Made by a program: the position numbers and the translations under genes. The notes below the pieces were generated by a model, which saw only the letters and a program-made list of their open reading frames with translations, was not told the DNA's origin and searched no databases. 64,000 nucleotides of DNA from assembly GCA_030037635.1 (NCBI GenBank), contig JASHQH010000321.1, forward strand, positions 10,571 through 74,570, read 5' to 3'. Numbering within the stretch: the stretch's first letter is position 1; each line of letters begins with the position of its first letter. Source of the stretch: Acidobacteriaceae bacterium. GTDB taxonomy: Bacteria; Acidobacteriota; Terriglobia; Terriglobales; Acidobacteriaceae. Shown piece after piece: positions 10,726 to 20,268 of this stretch.

Positions 10726-11787
10726 ATGCCCATCACGCGCCGGCAAGCCCTGGACTACTTCCACTCGCCCGATCTGATCGGGCTGGGTTTCGAGGCTGAC
10801 GCTGTGCGCCGCCGCCTGCATCCCGAGGGCGTGGTTACCTACATCATCGATCGCAACATCAACTACACCAACTTCTGCACCGAGTACTGCACCTTCTGCG
10901 CCTTCTACCGGCCGCTGCCACGGTCTGGCAAGCACGACCCGCGCTCCGACGAAGGCTACATCCTCGATTTCGAGACCATCTACGCCAAAATCGCCGAGAC
11001 CCTCGAGATGGGCGGCACCGGCGTGCTGATGCAGGGCGGCATCCATCCTGACCTCAAGATTGACTGGTTCGAGCGGCTGTTTCGCGGCATCAAGCAGCAC
11101 TTTCCGCAAATCTGGTTGCACTGCCTGTCGGCTTCTGAGGTTCTCGCCATCGCCGAGTACTCCGGCCTCGACCTGCGCACCACCATCGCCCGGCTGCGCG
11201 ACGCCGGACTCGATTCCATCCCCGGCGGCGGCGCCGAGATTCTCGACGACGAGGTGCGGCACCGCATCGCCCGCCTCAAGTGCGACACCCAGGACTGGGT
11301 CAGCGTGCACCGCACGGCACATCAGTTAGGCATGCGCACCACCGCGACCATGATGTTCGGCGTGGGCGAAAGCTTCGACCAGCGTATCAACCACTTTGAA
11401 GTCGTGCGCTGCCTCCAGGAGGAAACCGGCGGCTTCACGGCCTTCATCCCCTGGAGCTTCCAGCCCAAACACACCGCGCTCGGCGGCCGTGGCTGGGACG
11501 AAGCAACATCGGTTGAATACCTCAAGGTCCTCGCCATCTCGCGCCTTTATCTCGACAACATCGAAAACGTGCAAGCCAGTTGGGTGACGCAGGGATTGAA
11601 GGTGCTCGAACTGGGTCTCCACTTCGGTGGCAATGACGTGGGTTCGGTGATGCTCGAAGAGAACGTGGTCCGCGCCGCCGGCACATCGAATTGCACCACC
11701 GAAGAAGAATTGCGCCGCATCATCCGCGATGCCGGCTTCAAGCCCGTGCAGCGCGACACGCTCTACCGGACGATGTTCTTGAACTGA
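10726..11787 (+). CDS. Futalosine-pathway menaquinone biosynthesis radical SAM enzyme (MqnC/MqnE family; MqnC-like by recollection)
   Basis: IIDRNINYTNFCTEYCTFCAFYR (CxxxCxxC), GGTGVLMQGG, TIM-barrel radical SAM layout, about 350 aa. Confidence 0.8.
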   Translation: MPITRRQALDYFHSPDLIGLGFEADAVRRRLHPEGVVTYIIDRNINYTNFCTEYCTFCAFYRPLPRSGKHDPRSDEGYILDFETIYAKIAETLEMGGTGVLMQGGIHPDLKIDWFERLFRGIKQHFPQIWLHCLSASEVLAIAEYSGLDLRTTIARLRDAGLDSIPGGGAEILDDEVRHRIARLKCDTQDWVSVHRTAHQLGMRTTATMMFGVGESFDQRINHFEVVRCLQEETGGFTAFIPWSFQPKHTALGGRGWDEATSVEYLKVLAISRLYLDNIENVQASWVTQGLKVLELGLHFGGNDVGSVMLEENVVRAAGTSNCTTEEELRRIIRDAGFKPVQRDTLYRTMFLN

Positions 11788-11821
11788 GCGGCCGCTCCTC
11801 CCCGATCTGTGCCTCCGCCCC

Positions 11822-11842
11822 AAAAAGCGCGGAAACGCGCTT
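11822..11842 (-). terminator. Rho-independent terminator for the DUF4142 gene
   Basis: On the - strand AAGCGCG-TTTC-CGCGCTT (7-bp stem, tetraloop) followed by TTTTT. Confidence 0.55.
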
Positions 11843-11913
11843 CGAAGAGGGCATCCAAATCCGTGCGCGCCCGTCTGAGCCTCGCTGCGCGCACGCCCGC
11901 CGGCTCCTGGCGC

Positions 11914-12429
11914 TCAAGGCAGCGGCTTGCCCTGTGCAATAGCCTTCGCGCCGTTGAGGTGTTTTTCGAGGGTCGGGATCGTGCTCTGTGCATACGAGCG
12001 CACCTCTGGGTTCTGCGCGTCCTGCGCCTCTTTCTTGTAAATCGCGATCGCTGCCGTATGGCCTGCCACCATGTCCTGAATGTATTTGTGATCGAACGCT
12101 TTCCCGTTCAGTGCGTGGAGGGGCGCGATCAAGGCTTTGTTGTGTTGCGCGTCAATCGCCGTCGGCACTGTGAGCCCGGTTTGCTGCGCGAGGGCTTGCA
12201 GCGCCTGGTAGTCCTTGGTGTGATCGGCATAGAGCATCCCTGCGTACTGTTTTACCGATGGCACGGTCGCTGTGTCCTGCGCGAACGTCGCCAGATTCGC
12301 CTCGACCATGTCGGTCTGGGCGGCAAAATCGACAAAATCCTGGTCGCTCATCGGCGCTTTCGCCTTCTGGGCCAGCACAGGAAGCGAGCAAAGCGCAAGA
12401 CAGCAGATCGTCGGAAAAGCGAGTTTCAT
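11914..12429 (-). CDS. DUF4142 domain secreted protein
   Basis: Signal peptide MKLAFPTICCLALCSLPVLAQ; DQDFVDFAAQTDMVEANL...DHTKDY...GKAFDHKYIQDMVAGH pattern; start placed at second ATG (12429) for SD spacing. Confidence 0.8.
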   Translation of the reverse strand: MKLAFPTICCLALCSLPVLAQKAKAPMSDQDFVDFAAQTDMVEANLATFAQDTATVPSVKQYAGMLYADHTKDYQALQALAQQTGLTVPTAIDAQHNKALIAPLHALNGKAFDHKYIQDMVAGHTAAIAIYKKEAQDAQNPEVRSYAQSTIPTLEKHLNGAKAIAQGKPLP

Positions 12430-12440
12430 TTTGTTCATCT

Positions 12441-12466
12441 CCTCTGCATCGGGTTAGATGCAGAGG
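12441..12466 (-). promoter_or_regulatory. SD-sequestering hairpin in the 5' UTR of the DUF4142 gene
   Basis: - strand CCTCTGCATC-TAACCC-GATGCAGAGG, perfect 10-bp stem; the 3' arm plus AG forms GAGGAG, 9 nt upstream of ATG 12429. Confidence 0.45.
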
Positions 12467-12469
12467 ACG

Positions 12470-12572
12470 CCGCTGGGTGCCCCCGGTCCCTCCCACTTGG
12501 GGCCGGGAAAGAGCAATCCACCACCCGCTGGGTGCCTCGGATCCCTCGTATTTGAGGACCTGGGAAAGCACA
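12470..12572 (+). repeat. Tandem pair of about 50-bp repeat units (family F)
   Basis: CGCTGGGTGCCCCCGGTCCCTCCCACTTGGGGCCGGGAAAGAGCA and CGCTGGGTGCCTCGGATCCCTCGTATTTGAGGACCTGGGAAAGCA; unit 1 folds as CCCGGTCCC/GGGGCCGGG. Confidence 0.75.
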
Positions 12573-12574
12573 CC

Positions 12575-13990
12575 TCACGCCTGCGTCGCGATCGCCGAGA
12601 TCGGCCGATCTTTCCACTTGCCCCCGGTAAAGTCAGGAAACTCCACTGGCGCGCTGCCCCGTTTGACTGACTCCACGCTGAGCGGCGCCACCGACGCCCA
12701 CGCCGCGCAATCGTACACATCGAGGTCGGGCGCAAGCCCTTCGCGCACGCACTCGAGCAGGCGGTAGATCATGATCAGGTCCATGCCGCCGTGGCCTCCG
12801 CTCTTGCGCGCCAGGTCGCCCTCGCGCTGCCACAGTGGATGCTGATACTGCTTGTACGCGTCGAGTGATCCAAAAGCCTCGTCCTTGTTCATCCCGTCGA
12901 AATAGATGCGCGGTGGATAGTCCTGAAACAGCCCCTTGGTTCCGGCGATCAGGTTGATGCGGTCGTAGGGATGGGGCGTGGAAACCGCGTGCTTGACGGT
13001 GATGGTGAGCCCCTTCGCCGTCTGGATAAGAGAGGTGTTCATGTCGCCGCAGATGTACCGCTCATTCCAGCGCGGATCGTCCGGCGCCAGATGGTCTTTG
13101 CGCCACGCATCGAGCCCGCGCTCCGGCGCGCTCATCGAAACCAGCGTTTCAAACCGGTCGCCGCGCTGGATGCCCATGTAATTCGCCACCGGTCCCAGCC
13201 CGTGCGTCGGATACAGATTCCCGTTGCGCAGCGTATGCTCGGTGCGCCGCCACAGTCCCTCGCCCGCGTTGGAAAAAAGCTCCGCGCGCAAATCGTGGAT
13301 GTACGCGCCCTCGCCGTAGAGCAGCTCGCCGAAAAGCCCCGCCTGAATCATGCGCAGGATCAGCGTCTCGTTATAGTCGTAGCAGCAGTTCTCCAAAATC
13401 ATGCAATGCTTGCGCGTCTGCTCCGACGTGTGCACAATCTGCCAGCACTCATCAAGCGTCGTCACGCCGGGCACTTCCACCGCCACGTCCTTGCCTGCAG
13501 TCATGCTGGCCAGCGCCATGGGCGCATGCCAGCTCCACGGTGTGGCTACCAGCACCAGGTCCACGTCGTTGCGCGCCACCAGCTCTTCGTAGTGATGCGG
13601 GCCCTGCGTATAAAGCGCAGGCTTCTTCTGTCCGGTCGCGGCCACCAGCGCCGCGGCGTGCTCCGCTTTTTCCTCAACGATGTCGCACAGCGCCGCAACT
13701 TGCGCGTTCACCGCCAGCAGATCGCCCAGCAACGAAGTTCCGCGCCCGCCTGTGCCAATCACCGCCACGCGCGGCTCGCGCTTGGCAAACGGCACATTCA
13801 TCATGCTGCTGCGCGCCGCCGTCTCCGCCGCCTGCGTTAGTTTGGCTGCGCTCAGGCTCATCGCGCCCGCCGCGCCCAGCTGAAGAAAACGGCGGCGTGT
13901 GCACACGCCGCCCTCAACCATGTCCTCTTCCGGATGCATCGCTTCTCCTTTTTCCCTCATGATTCTCCGGCTTTGGCCAACCCGCCGCAA
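12575..13990 (-). CDS. Tat-signal Gfo/Idh/MocA-family oxidoreductase (GH109-like)
   Basis: Twin-arginine TRRRFLQLGAAGAMSLSA, Rossmann VAVIGTGGRGTS; true start probably an internal Met (e.g. 13939). Confidence 0.82.
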   Translation of the reverse strand: MRRVGQSRRIMREKGEAMHPEEDMVEGGVCTRRRFLQLGAAGAMSLSAAKLTQAAETAARSSMMNVPFAKREPRVAVIGTGGRGTSLLGDLLAVNAQVAALCDIVEEKAEHAAALVAATGQKKPALYTQGPHHYEELVARNDVDLVLVATPWSWHAPMALASMTAGKDVAVEVPGVTTLDECWQIVHTSEQTRKHCMILENCCYDYNETLILRMIQAGLFGELLYGEGAYIHDLRAELFSNAGEGLWRRTEHTLRNGNLYPTHGLGPVANYMGIQRGDRFETLVSMSAPERGLDAWRKDHLAPDDPRWNERYICGDMNTSLIQTAKGLTITVKHAVSTPHPYDRINLIAGTKGLFQDYPPRIYFDGMNKDEAFGSLDAYKQYQHPLWQREGDLARKSGGHGGMDLIMIYRLLECVREGLAPDLDVYDCAAWASVAPLSVESVKRGSAPVEFPDFTGGKWKDRPISAIATQA

Positions 13991-14029
13991 GATTGCCGCC
14001 TTCGCAATCCCCCATCCCGGCGCGAGCCA

Positions 14030-15235
14030 TCATGCCGTCTTCGCCCGCGGCGGCCGGAGCGCCAGCGGCACCAAAGTCGCGGCCCCCAGGATGCACGCGA
14101 TGGCGCGCAAGCCTGCTGCATACGATCCGCCAGACTCCCGCAGGTGCGCCACCAGCAGCGGACCCAGCGCACTGGCGCAGCCCCAAGCGGTCAGCATCAG
14201 CCCGTAGATCGCCCCCACATGGCGCGGGCCAAAGTAGTCGGCCAGAAAAGCCGCCATGGTTCCCACGCTGCCTCCGTAGCACGACAGGGTGACAAACGCC
14301 ACCGCCGTGAGCGCAGCCACCGACGCGGCGTCGGGCATGATCCACAAAAGGGCCGCCTGTAAAAGGCACATCAGAACGAAGGTCCATCGCCGGGTAAGGA
14401 CGTCGGAGACCGCTGCCCAGCCAACGCGGCCGGCGGCATTGCCGATGCTGGCCACGCCCACCATCACGCCTGCGTCCATCGCGCTCACCTTCGCAATCTC
14501 GCGGAACATGGGCGCTTCCTGCGCAATCAGCGCCACTCCCGCCGAGAGGTCGAGGAAATACAACAGCCACAGCGCCCACCATTGCCAGGTTCTCAGCGCT
14601 TCGCGCAGCGCAAAGTCCGCCCGCTGCGTTGTCTGCGCCGCGCCTGGTGCCCAGCCCAGCGGCTGCCATCCCGCCGGTGGATCGCGCATGAAAAACCCCG
14701 CCGCTGCCGTCACCACAAAATACGCAACACCGAGAGTAGCAAAGGTCGCCAGCACACCCGCGCTCGCGATGAGTCGCGTAGCAATCGGCGCTGTCACCAG
14801 CGCCCCGGCGCCAAACCCGCACACCGCGATGCCGGTGATCAGCCCTCGATGATCGGGGAACCATCTCACCAGCACCGCCACAGGTACAATAAAGGCCAGG
14901 CCCAACCCCGCTCCGCCAATCACGCCGTACGAGATATAGAGCCACCACAGCTTGTTCGCGCTCAAGCTGGCCAGAAATACGCCCAGCCCGTACAGCGATC
15001 CCCCCGCCACAGCCACGACGCGCGGCCCCGATCGGTTCAACCACAACCCGCCGGCCATCGCCGCGGGACCGACCACCGCGACGAAGATAGTGAAGGTAAG
15101 CGTCACCTGCGAGATCGACCAGCCGAATCGGTCCGTGAGCGGCGTCCTGAAAACGCTCCAGGCATACACGCCGCCCAGCGCCATCTGTATCAGGAAGCCG
15201 GCCGCGGCAATCCCCCAGCGCGCTCTGTTCAGCAT
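14030..15235 (-). CDS. MFS transporter, oxalate/formate antiporter (OFA)-like
   Basis: 12-TM pattern; N-terminal RWGIAAAGFLIQMALGGVYAWSVF typical of the OFA family. Confidence 0.88.
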   Translation of the reverse strand: MLNRARWGIAAAGFLIQMALGGVYAWSVFRTPLTDRFGWSISQVTLTFTIFVAVVGPAAMAGGLWLNRSGPRVVAVAGGSLYGLGVFLASLSANKLWWLYISYGVIGGAGLGLAFIVPVAVLVRWFPDHRGLITGIAVCGFGAGALVTAPIATRLIASAGVLATFATLGVAYFVVTAAAGFFMRDPPAGWQPLGWAPGAAQTTQRADFALREALRTWQWWALWLLYFLDLSAGVALIAQEAPMFREIAKVSAMDAGVMVGVASIGNAAGRVGWAAVSDVLTRRWTFVLMCLLQAALLWIMPDAASVAALTAVAFVTLSCYGGSVGTMAAFLADYFGPRHVGAIYGLMLTAWGCASALGPLLVAHLRESGGSYAAGLRAIACILGAATLVPLALRPPRAKTA

Positions 15236-15475
15236 GCACGAACCTCCAGACGCTTCCCGCGAAAATCGTGGCGCGCACTTTCAGGCGCTGCGCACGGCCA
15301 CGCAGCAACAAAGGCCGATCACATTCACCATCATCCGGGTGCAATCTGGAGCCTATCAGCCCGCCGCGATGCGCGTCACTCCACAAACGCAACTGGCAAT
15401 TCCGTGCCATCCGGCCCCGCGGATCAGCCGTTACTTCCTCTGGTCTTGCGAAAGCCAGCGTGTCATCCTTTACTT

Positions 15476-16453
15476 ATGAGCCAGACCTCTTCGCTTTCCT
15501 TGCGTATCCTCGGCAACTCCGACATGCAACTGACGCCCATCGGCTTTGGCGCGTGGGCCATCGGGGGCGGCGACTGGCAATACGCCTGGGGCCCCCAGGA
15601 CGACAGTGATTCCATTGCCGCCATCCATCGCGCGCTCGACCTCGGCATCAACTGGATCGACACCGCGGCCGTCTACGGCCTCGGCCACTCTGAAAAAGTC
15701 GTCGGCCGCGCCGTCAAATCCTCCACCCACAAGCCGTACATCTTCACCAAGTGCTCCATGCGCTGGCACGCCGACCGCTCCATTTACAACTCTCTCAAGG
15801 CTGCCTCACTCGCCGAAGAAGTTGAAGCCTCGTTGCGGCGTCTGCGCGTTGAGGCCATCGATCTTTACCAGATTCACTGGCCAAATCCCGACGGCGAGAT
15901 TGAGGAGGGATGGGCGGCACTGGAGCGAATGCGCCAGCAGGGCAAGCTGCGCTGGATTGGCGTGTCGAACTTCAACGTGGAACAGATGAAGCGCGCCCTC
16001 AAGATCGCGCCCATCACCAGCCTTCAGCCCCCCTATTCTATGCTGCGCCGCGCTGTGGAGGCCGAAATCCTCCCCTTCGCTCAGGCCAATGGCATCGGCG
16101 TCATCAACTACTCGCCCATGGTCTCCGGGTTGCTTACCGGTAAGATGACCCCGGCGCGCGCAGCGGCGCTGCCGCCCGACGACTGGCGGCGTCAGAACAA
16201 GGAGTTCAGTGAGCCGCGCCTCAGCCGCAATATGCGCCTGGTGGAGCTGCTGCGCACAATCGGGAGCGGCCATGGTGTCTCGCCCGGCGTGGTAGCCGTG
16301 GCCTGGACACTGCACAACTCCGCCATCACCGCCGCTATCGTGGGCGGACGCAGCGCCAAACAGGTGGAAGAGATGGCGCCTGCGCTCAACTTCCGCCTCG
16401 CCCAGGACGAGTACGACACGATTGGGAAATTTCTGGAGTCGATGGCGGCGTAG
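15476..16453 (+). CDS. Aldo/keto reductase
   Basis: LTPIGFGAWAIGG, INWIDTAAVYGLGHSE, IDLYQIHWPN motifs; ATG 15476 inside track ORF 14582..16453, whose 5' part is antisense to the MFS gene. Confidence 0.9.
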   Translation: MSQTSSLSLRILGNSDMQLTPIGFGAWAIGGGDWQYAWGPQDDSDSIAAIHRALDLGINWIDTAAVYGLGHSEKVVGRAVKSSTHKPYIFTKCSMRWHADRSIYNSLKAASLAEEVEASLRRLRVEAIDLYQIHWPNPDGEIEEGWAALERMRQQGKLRWIGVSNFNVEQMKRALKIAPITSLQPPYSMLRRAVEAEILPFAQANGIGVINYSPMVSGLLTGKMTPARAAALPPDDWRRQNKEFSEPRLSRNMRLVELLRTIGSGHGVSPGVVAVAWTLHNSAITAAIVGGRSAKQVEEMAPALNFRLAQDEYDTIGKFLESMAA

Positions 16454-16482
16454 GTCGCAGAGATTCGGCGCCACAAACAACA

Positions 16483-16502
16483 ACCCCGGCCGCAGCCGGG
16501 GT
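16483..16502. terminator. Hairpin between convergent genes (T-rich trailer on the - strand)
   Basis: CCCCGGC-CGCA-GCCGGGG; the - strand continues TTGTTGTTTGTGG. Confidence 0.45.
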
Positions 16503-16524
16503 CATTGTGAAGGGAAAGCCGAAC

Positions 16525-17055
16525 TTACATCGCGGCTACAAAATCGGGAACCATCACGGCAGCGTGCTCCTGCAGCAACTGCGTCATGCGCGCGGCCATG
16601 CCGGTATACATGGCGGCAGCGCGGAAGGCGTTGATGCGAACGCCTTCGCTGGCACGGTTGAAGGCATACTGCCCAAGAGCCGCCAGCACGCACACGCGAA
16701 TTTGCAGCGCGTCGCTGTGAATGGTTTCAATCAGCAGGCGATCTACACCTTCACAATGTTTGGAGGCGAAGTTTGCCATTTCCTGCATGACGCGCGCATT
16801 TTGATACATCACCCAAAGCCCCTTGGGACCTTCCATGCGCTGCCATGCATCTTCGGGAGTAGCGCTCAATCCTTCCTGCCACAGGAAGTGATCGCTCAAT
16901 TCGCGGGCGCTCCACTCTGAGCGCAACCGCGCCATCAATGTCTCCCACGTTTGCGAATTGCGGCGCTGAACATTCCTGCGCCACCGCGCCAGATAAAGCG
17001 CGATCGCAACCAAGGCGGAAATCTGGAGTACCTGCACTAGCATCAGAGTCTCCAA
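16525..17055 (-). CDS. Hypothetical membrane-anchored protein
   Basis: Single N-terminal TM (LVQVLQISALVAIALYLA) then a helical soluble region; no motif recognised. Confidence 0.55.
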   Translation of the reverse strand: METLMLVQVLQISALVAIALYLARWRRNVQRRNSQTWETLMARLRSEWSARELSDHFLWQEGLSATPEDAWQRMEGPKGLWVMYQNARVMQEMANFASKHCEGVDRLLIETIHSDALQIRVCVLAALGQYAFNRASEGVRINAFRAAAMYTGMAARMTQLLQEHAAVMVPDFVAAM

Positions 17056-17414
17056 AATCAGGCCATCGGAATTCGGCTTCTTCGCACTCCGGGCCCGTCA
17101 ATCTTGCGTGTACACCACTATTTGTAGCAGAAAACAAGGCGTTTGGCGCAGGGAAAACGGCCTCTAACATACCTCTTTTGTGGTATATGGAACTGCTCCG
17201 CCGGACAGTGCACGCAGGTAACCAACGGGGTGTGCCTGTGGAAAAATCCGTACGAAACCTCCCGATTTTCATTCCATCTCACCCCCATGGGACCGGTTGG
17301 ATGCCCCTCCAGGGAGGGGTGTCCGGCGCTTCTTTCACCCCGCAGCAGCCACGCCTGGCCGCGCAACTACAATAGAATGAGGAAGAAATTCACCGCTCAA
17401 GGAGCCTATCCCGA

Positions 17415-17831
17415 GTGCCCCAGCGCACCTTCAGCATTATCAAGCCCGACGCCGTCCGCAACGGGTCGGCCGGAGCCATCCTGGCCCAGGTGGCCGGGGC
17501 CGGTTTCCGCATTGTCGCCATCAAAAAACAGTCCATCTCCAAGCACGAGGCCGAAGGCTTTTACGCCGTACACCGGGAGCGGCCGTTTTTCGACTCCCTT
17601 ACCACCTTCATGTCGTCAGGGCCCCTCATTCTCATGGTCCTCGAGAAGGAAAACGCCATAGCAGACCTGCGCAAACTGATGGGCGCCACCAATCCCGCCA
17701 ACGCCGAAGAGGGAACCGTCCGCAAGAAGTTCGCCAGCTCGATTCAGGAGAACGCGATTCACGGCTCCGACGCCGAGGATACAGCGGCTTTCGAAATCGC
17801 CTACTGGTTTGCCGGCTACGAGCTCATTTAA
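17415..17831 (+). CDS. ndk: Nucleoside diphosphate kinase
   Basis: [19 protein letters not shown] active-site His motif; GTG start. Confidence 0.95.
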   Translation: MPQRTFSIIKPDAVRNGSAGAILAQVAGAGFRIVAIKKQSISKHEAEGFYAVHRERPFFDSLTTFMSSGPLILMVLEKENAIADLRKLMGATNPANAEEGTVRKKFASSIQENAIHGSDAEDTAAFEIAYWFAGYELI

Positions 17832-17840
17832 AGTTTTATC

Positions 17841-17885
17841 CGCCAGGGGGTGCCCCCGGTCCCTCGCACTTGGTATCCGGCAAAC
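17841..17885 (+). repeat. Third copy of repeat family F
   Basis: CGCCAGGGGGTGCCCCCGGTCCCTCGCACTTGGTATCCGG matches the units at 12470-12572, same polarity. Confidence 0.7.
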
Positions 17886-17909
17886 ACCAATTCCGAAAGG
17901 CCTATCTCC

Positions 17910-18431
17910 ATGACGTCCACAGACTCCGAACTCGCCGCACTGTTTCTCGATTGTTCGCGCAAGAGATTCTTCGGTCAACTCTGGCCGCGGCTGCAAGAGT
18001 GCGTGGCCTCGCTTACCGAAGAACAGATATGGTGGCGGCCCAACGACGCCTCGAACAGCATCGGCAATCTGCTGTTACACCTCAACGGCAACGTCTACCA
18101 ATGGCTGGTCGCATCGTTCAACAAAGAAGACGACAAGCGCAACCGCCCCGCTGAATTCTCGGCTCAGGGCGGGCTCGCCGCCGCCGTGCTCGTCGAGCGG
18201 CTCGGCGCCACGCTCGACCAGGTCAAGGCCGTTTTCGATCGCCTTACGCCTGTCGAGCTTCTTGCCCCCTACGAGATTCAGGGCTACCACGTGAGCGGCC
18301 TCGATGCCGTTTATCACGTGGTCGAGCATTTCGCCCTGCACTACGGCCAGATCGCCTACATCACCAAACTGCTCTCTGGCAAAGACCTCGGCTTTTATAG
18401 AGAGCTGAACAAAACCGGCCGGGCATCGTGA
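17910..18431 (+). CDS. DinB-family (DUF1572-like) four-helix-bundle protein
   Basis: LLLHLNGNVYQW and HVVEHFALHYGQI His-triad pattern; Met 17910 chosen because 17850-17885 is repeat sequence. Confidence 0.78.
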   Translation: MTSTDSELAALFLDCSRKRFFGQLWPRLQECVASLTEEQIWWRPNDASNSIGNLLLHLNGNVYQWLVASFNKEDDKRNRPAEFSAQGGLAAAVLVERLGATLDQVKAVFDRLTPVELLAPYEIQGYHVSGLDAVYHVVEHFALHYGQIAYITKLLSGKDLGFYRELNKTGRAS

Positions 18432-18502
18432 CCAAACGCTGACAGCGAGCCATCTATAGCGTTGATATAATTCCTCCACGTTTAAGCCGGGAGCGCTTTT
18501 GT

Positions 18503-19297
18503 ATGTTGAACCGCAAGTTTGCCCTTGCCACCCTTCTCATAGCCTTTTCGGTTGCTGGATTTGCGTCAGAGCAAAGCCTGGTTGTCACTTGGCCTGCTTC
18601 CGGCGCTCCCATTCTGCGATTCACGTTCGGCAAGTTCAAGGACATCGGCTCCATTGGAAGTCAACGGACCTATGTCACCGACATCATCGCGGAGAATCTC
18701 AGCGGTAAGCTTATCCCTACCCAGAAACTCTCAATCTACGTATTCGACAAAAAGCAAGTTCGTATCGGCGAAGCGTGGATGCAGGTAGACAATCTCGCGC
18801 CCAGTCAGCAGGCCAAGTTCCAGATCTCCTTCAACGCCTCCGGCGTGCCCGCCACGGTATCCGTCCTCGCCCCATCCGACATTCCGCGAAAAATCACGCT
18901 GACCGTGAACTCGGTACCCCAGGGCGCGGACCTCAAAGTCGACGGCGTAGATGTCGGGGCGACGCCGAAAATGATCAGCGTGGGAATCGGCAAGCATCAA
19001 CTTGGATTCAGTAAGGACGGCTTCAGCAACGGCACGTTTCCCCTCGAAATCGGACCCGACGATGTCTCGGGAGGAACCGTGAGCTACGAGCTCGGCACAT
19101 CCCGTTACGACACCATCGTGTTGCGAGACGGCAGCGTTTTGAGCGGCGACCTCGATTCTGTATCCGGGATGGACGTCGTGGTGCGCATCGGCGGCAATCT
19201 GCAACACTTCAATCGCAACCAGATCAAGCAGATCATCATGGTCGAGCGCGAGCCGCCCAGCCCTGATCAACTGCCCGGGCCCGCACCGAAGCCCTAG
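18503..19297 (+). CDS. PEGA-domain secreted protein
   Basis: Signal peptide; LTVNSVPQGADLKVDGVDVGATPKMISVGIGKHQLGFSKDGF is a PEGA motif. Confidence 0.75.
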   Translation: MLNRKFALATLLIAFSVAGFASEQSLVVTWPASGAPILRFTFGKFKDIGSIGSQRTYVTDIIAENLSGKLIPTQKLSIYVFDKKQVRIGEAWMQVDNLAPSQQAKFQISFNASGVPATVSVLAPSDIPRKITLTVNSVPQGADLKVDGVDVGATPKMISVGIGKHQLGFSKDGFSNGTFPLEIGPDDVSGGTVSYELGTSRYDTIVLRDGSVLSGDLDSVSGMDVVVRIGGNLQHFNRNQIKQIIMVEREPPSPDQLPGPAPKP

Positions 19298-19300
19298 AAG

Positions 19301-20251
19301 TCACATCGTCCCAAGTATTTCCAGCCCCAGCGCGCTCATGCTCATCCATCGCCGCCGTGCCGTCGCCACGCGAGGAATGCCCTGCAAATCGGCGCTGTAT
19401 TCGATCCCCGTGAAACCCTCTTTCTTCAAAAGCGCTTGCATGGCCTCCTGTTGTCCGGAGCCGATCTCGAGCAGCAGGAACCCGCCGGCTTTGAGCACGC
19501 TGAACGCCTCGGGAACCAGGCGCCGGTACACGTCCAGCCCGTCTTCGCCGGCGAAAAGCGCCTGCCCTGGTTCGTAGTCGCGCACTTCCACGTCGAGAGT
19601 TGCGCGCTCGCGCTCCGCCACGTAGGGCGGATTACTGACTACAAAATCGAATGTCTCGCCCGCCGCCGGCTCCAGCAGATCGCCCGCAAGAAAGCGCACG
19701 CGCTCCGCAACTCCATTGCGCGTCGCATTGGCTTTGGCCACGGCCAGCGCCGCTGGCGAAATCTCCGTCGCCGTGATCTCGGCGAGCGGCAACGCGTGCG
19801 CCAGCGCAACGGCAATCGCGCCCGAGCCGGTGCCCACGTCCACAATCCGCGGCTCGGAAATCATGCCGGCCTCTCTCAGTTCCTGTGCCAGCCCAATCGT
19901 CTTCTCCACCAGGTGCTCCGTCTCCGGCCGCGGAATCAGCACATCGCGATCCACTGCAAACGGCAAGCCGTAGAACTCGGCTTCTCCGCTGATGTACTGG
20001 ATCGGTTCGCCGGCACAACGGCGTTCAATCGAATCGCGGAACGCGGCCGCGGTGCTGGGGGCAAGCATCTCGTCGTCGTGCGCGATCAGCCACGCCTGGT
20101 TCACCTCCGGCTGGCTCCCGCGTAACGCATGCATCAGCAGCGTCTCTGCATCGCGCTGTGCGCGCTCAGGATGCGGGCTGGCGGCAAGAACGCTTCGCGC
20201 TTCGTCGAGAGCGCAGCGAAGGGTCGGACGAGCGATGGGTGTGGATGCCAT
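19301..20251 (-). CDS. prmC: Release-factor glutamine N5-methyltransferase
   Basis: VDVGTGSGAIAV SAM motif and VSNPPYV catalytic motif. Confidence 0.9.
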   Translation of the reverse strand: MASTPIARPTLRCALDEARSVLAASPHPERAQRDAETLLMHALRGSQPEVNQAWLIAHDDEMLAPSTAAAFRDSIERRCAGEPIQYISGEAEFYGLPFAVDRDVLIPRPETEHLVEKTIGLAQELREAGMISEPRIVDVGTGSGAIAVALAHALPLAEITATEISPAALAVAKANATRNGVAERVRFLAGDLLEPAAGETFDFVVSNPPYVAERERATLDVEVRDYEPGQALFAGEDGLDVYRRLVPEAFSVLKAGGFLLLEIGSGQQEAMQALLKKEGFTGIEYSADLQGIPRVATARRRWMSMSALGLEILGTM

Positions 20252-20268
20252 GCGGGCAAGATCGGAAC

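Noticed and set aside
13914-15410. 498-aa - strand ORF overlapping the MFS transporter in another frame
   Set aside because: The 14030..15235 frame gives a coherent 12-TM OFA-type transporter. The alternate frame is Arg/Gly-rich with no TM pattern.
14582-15475. 298-codon N-terminal extension of the aldo/keto reductase ORF
   Set aside because: The extension is antisense to the MFS gene and Arg/His/Pro-rich. The AKR homology begins at Met 15476.
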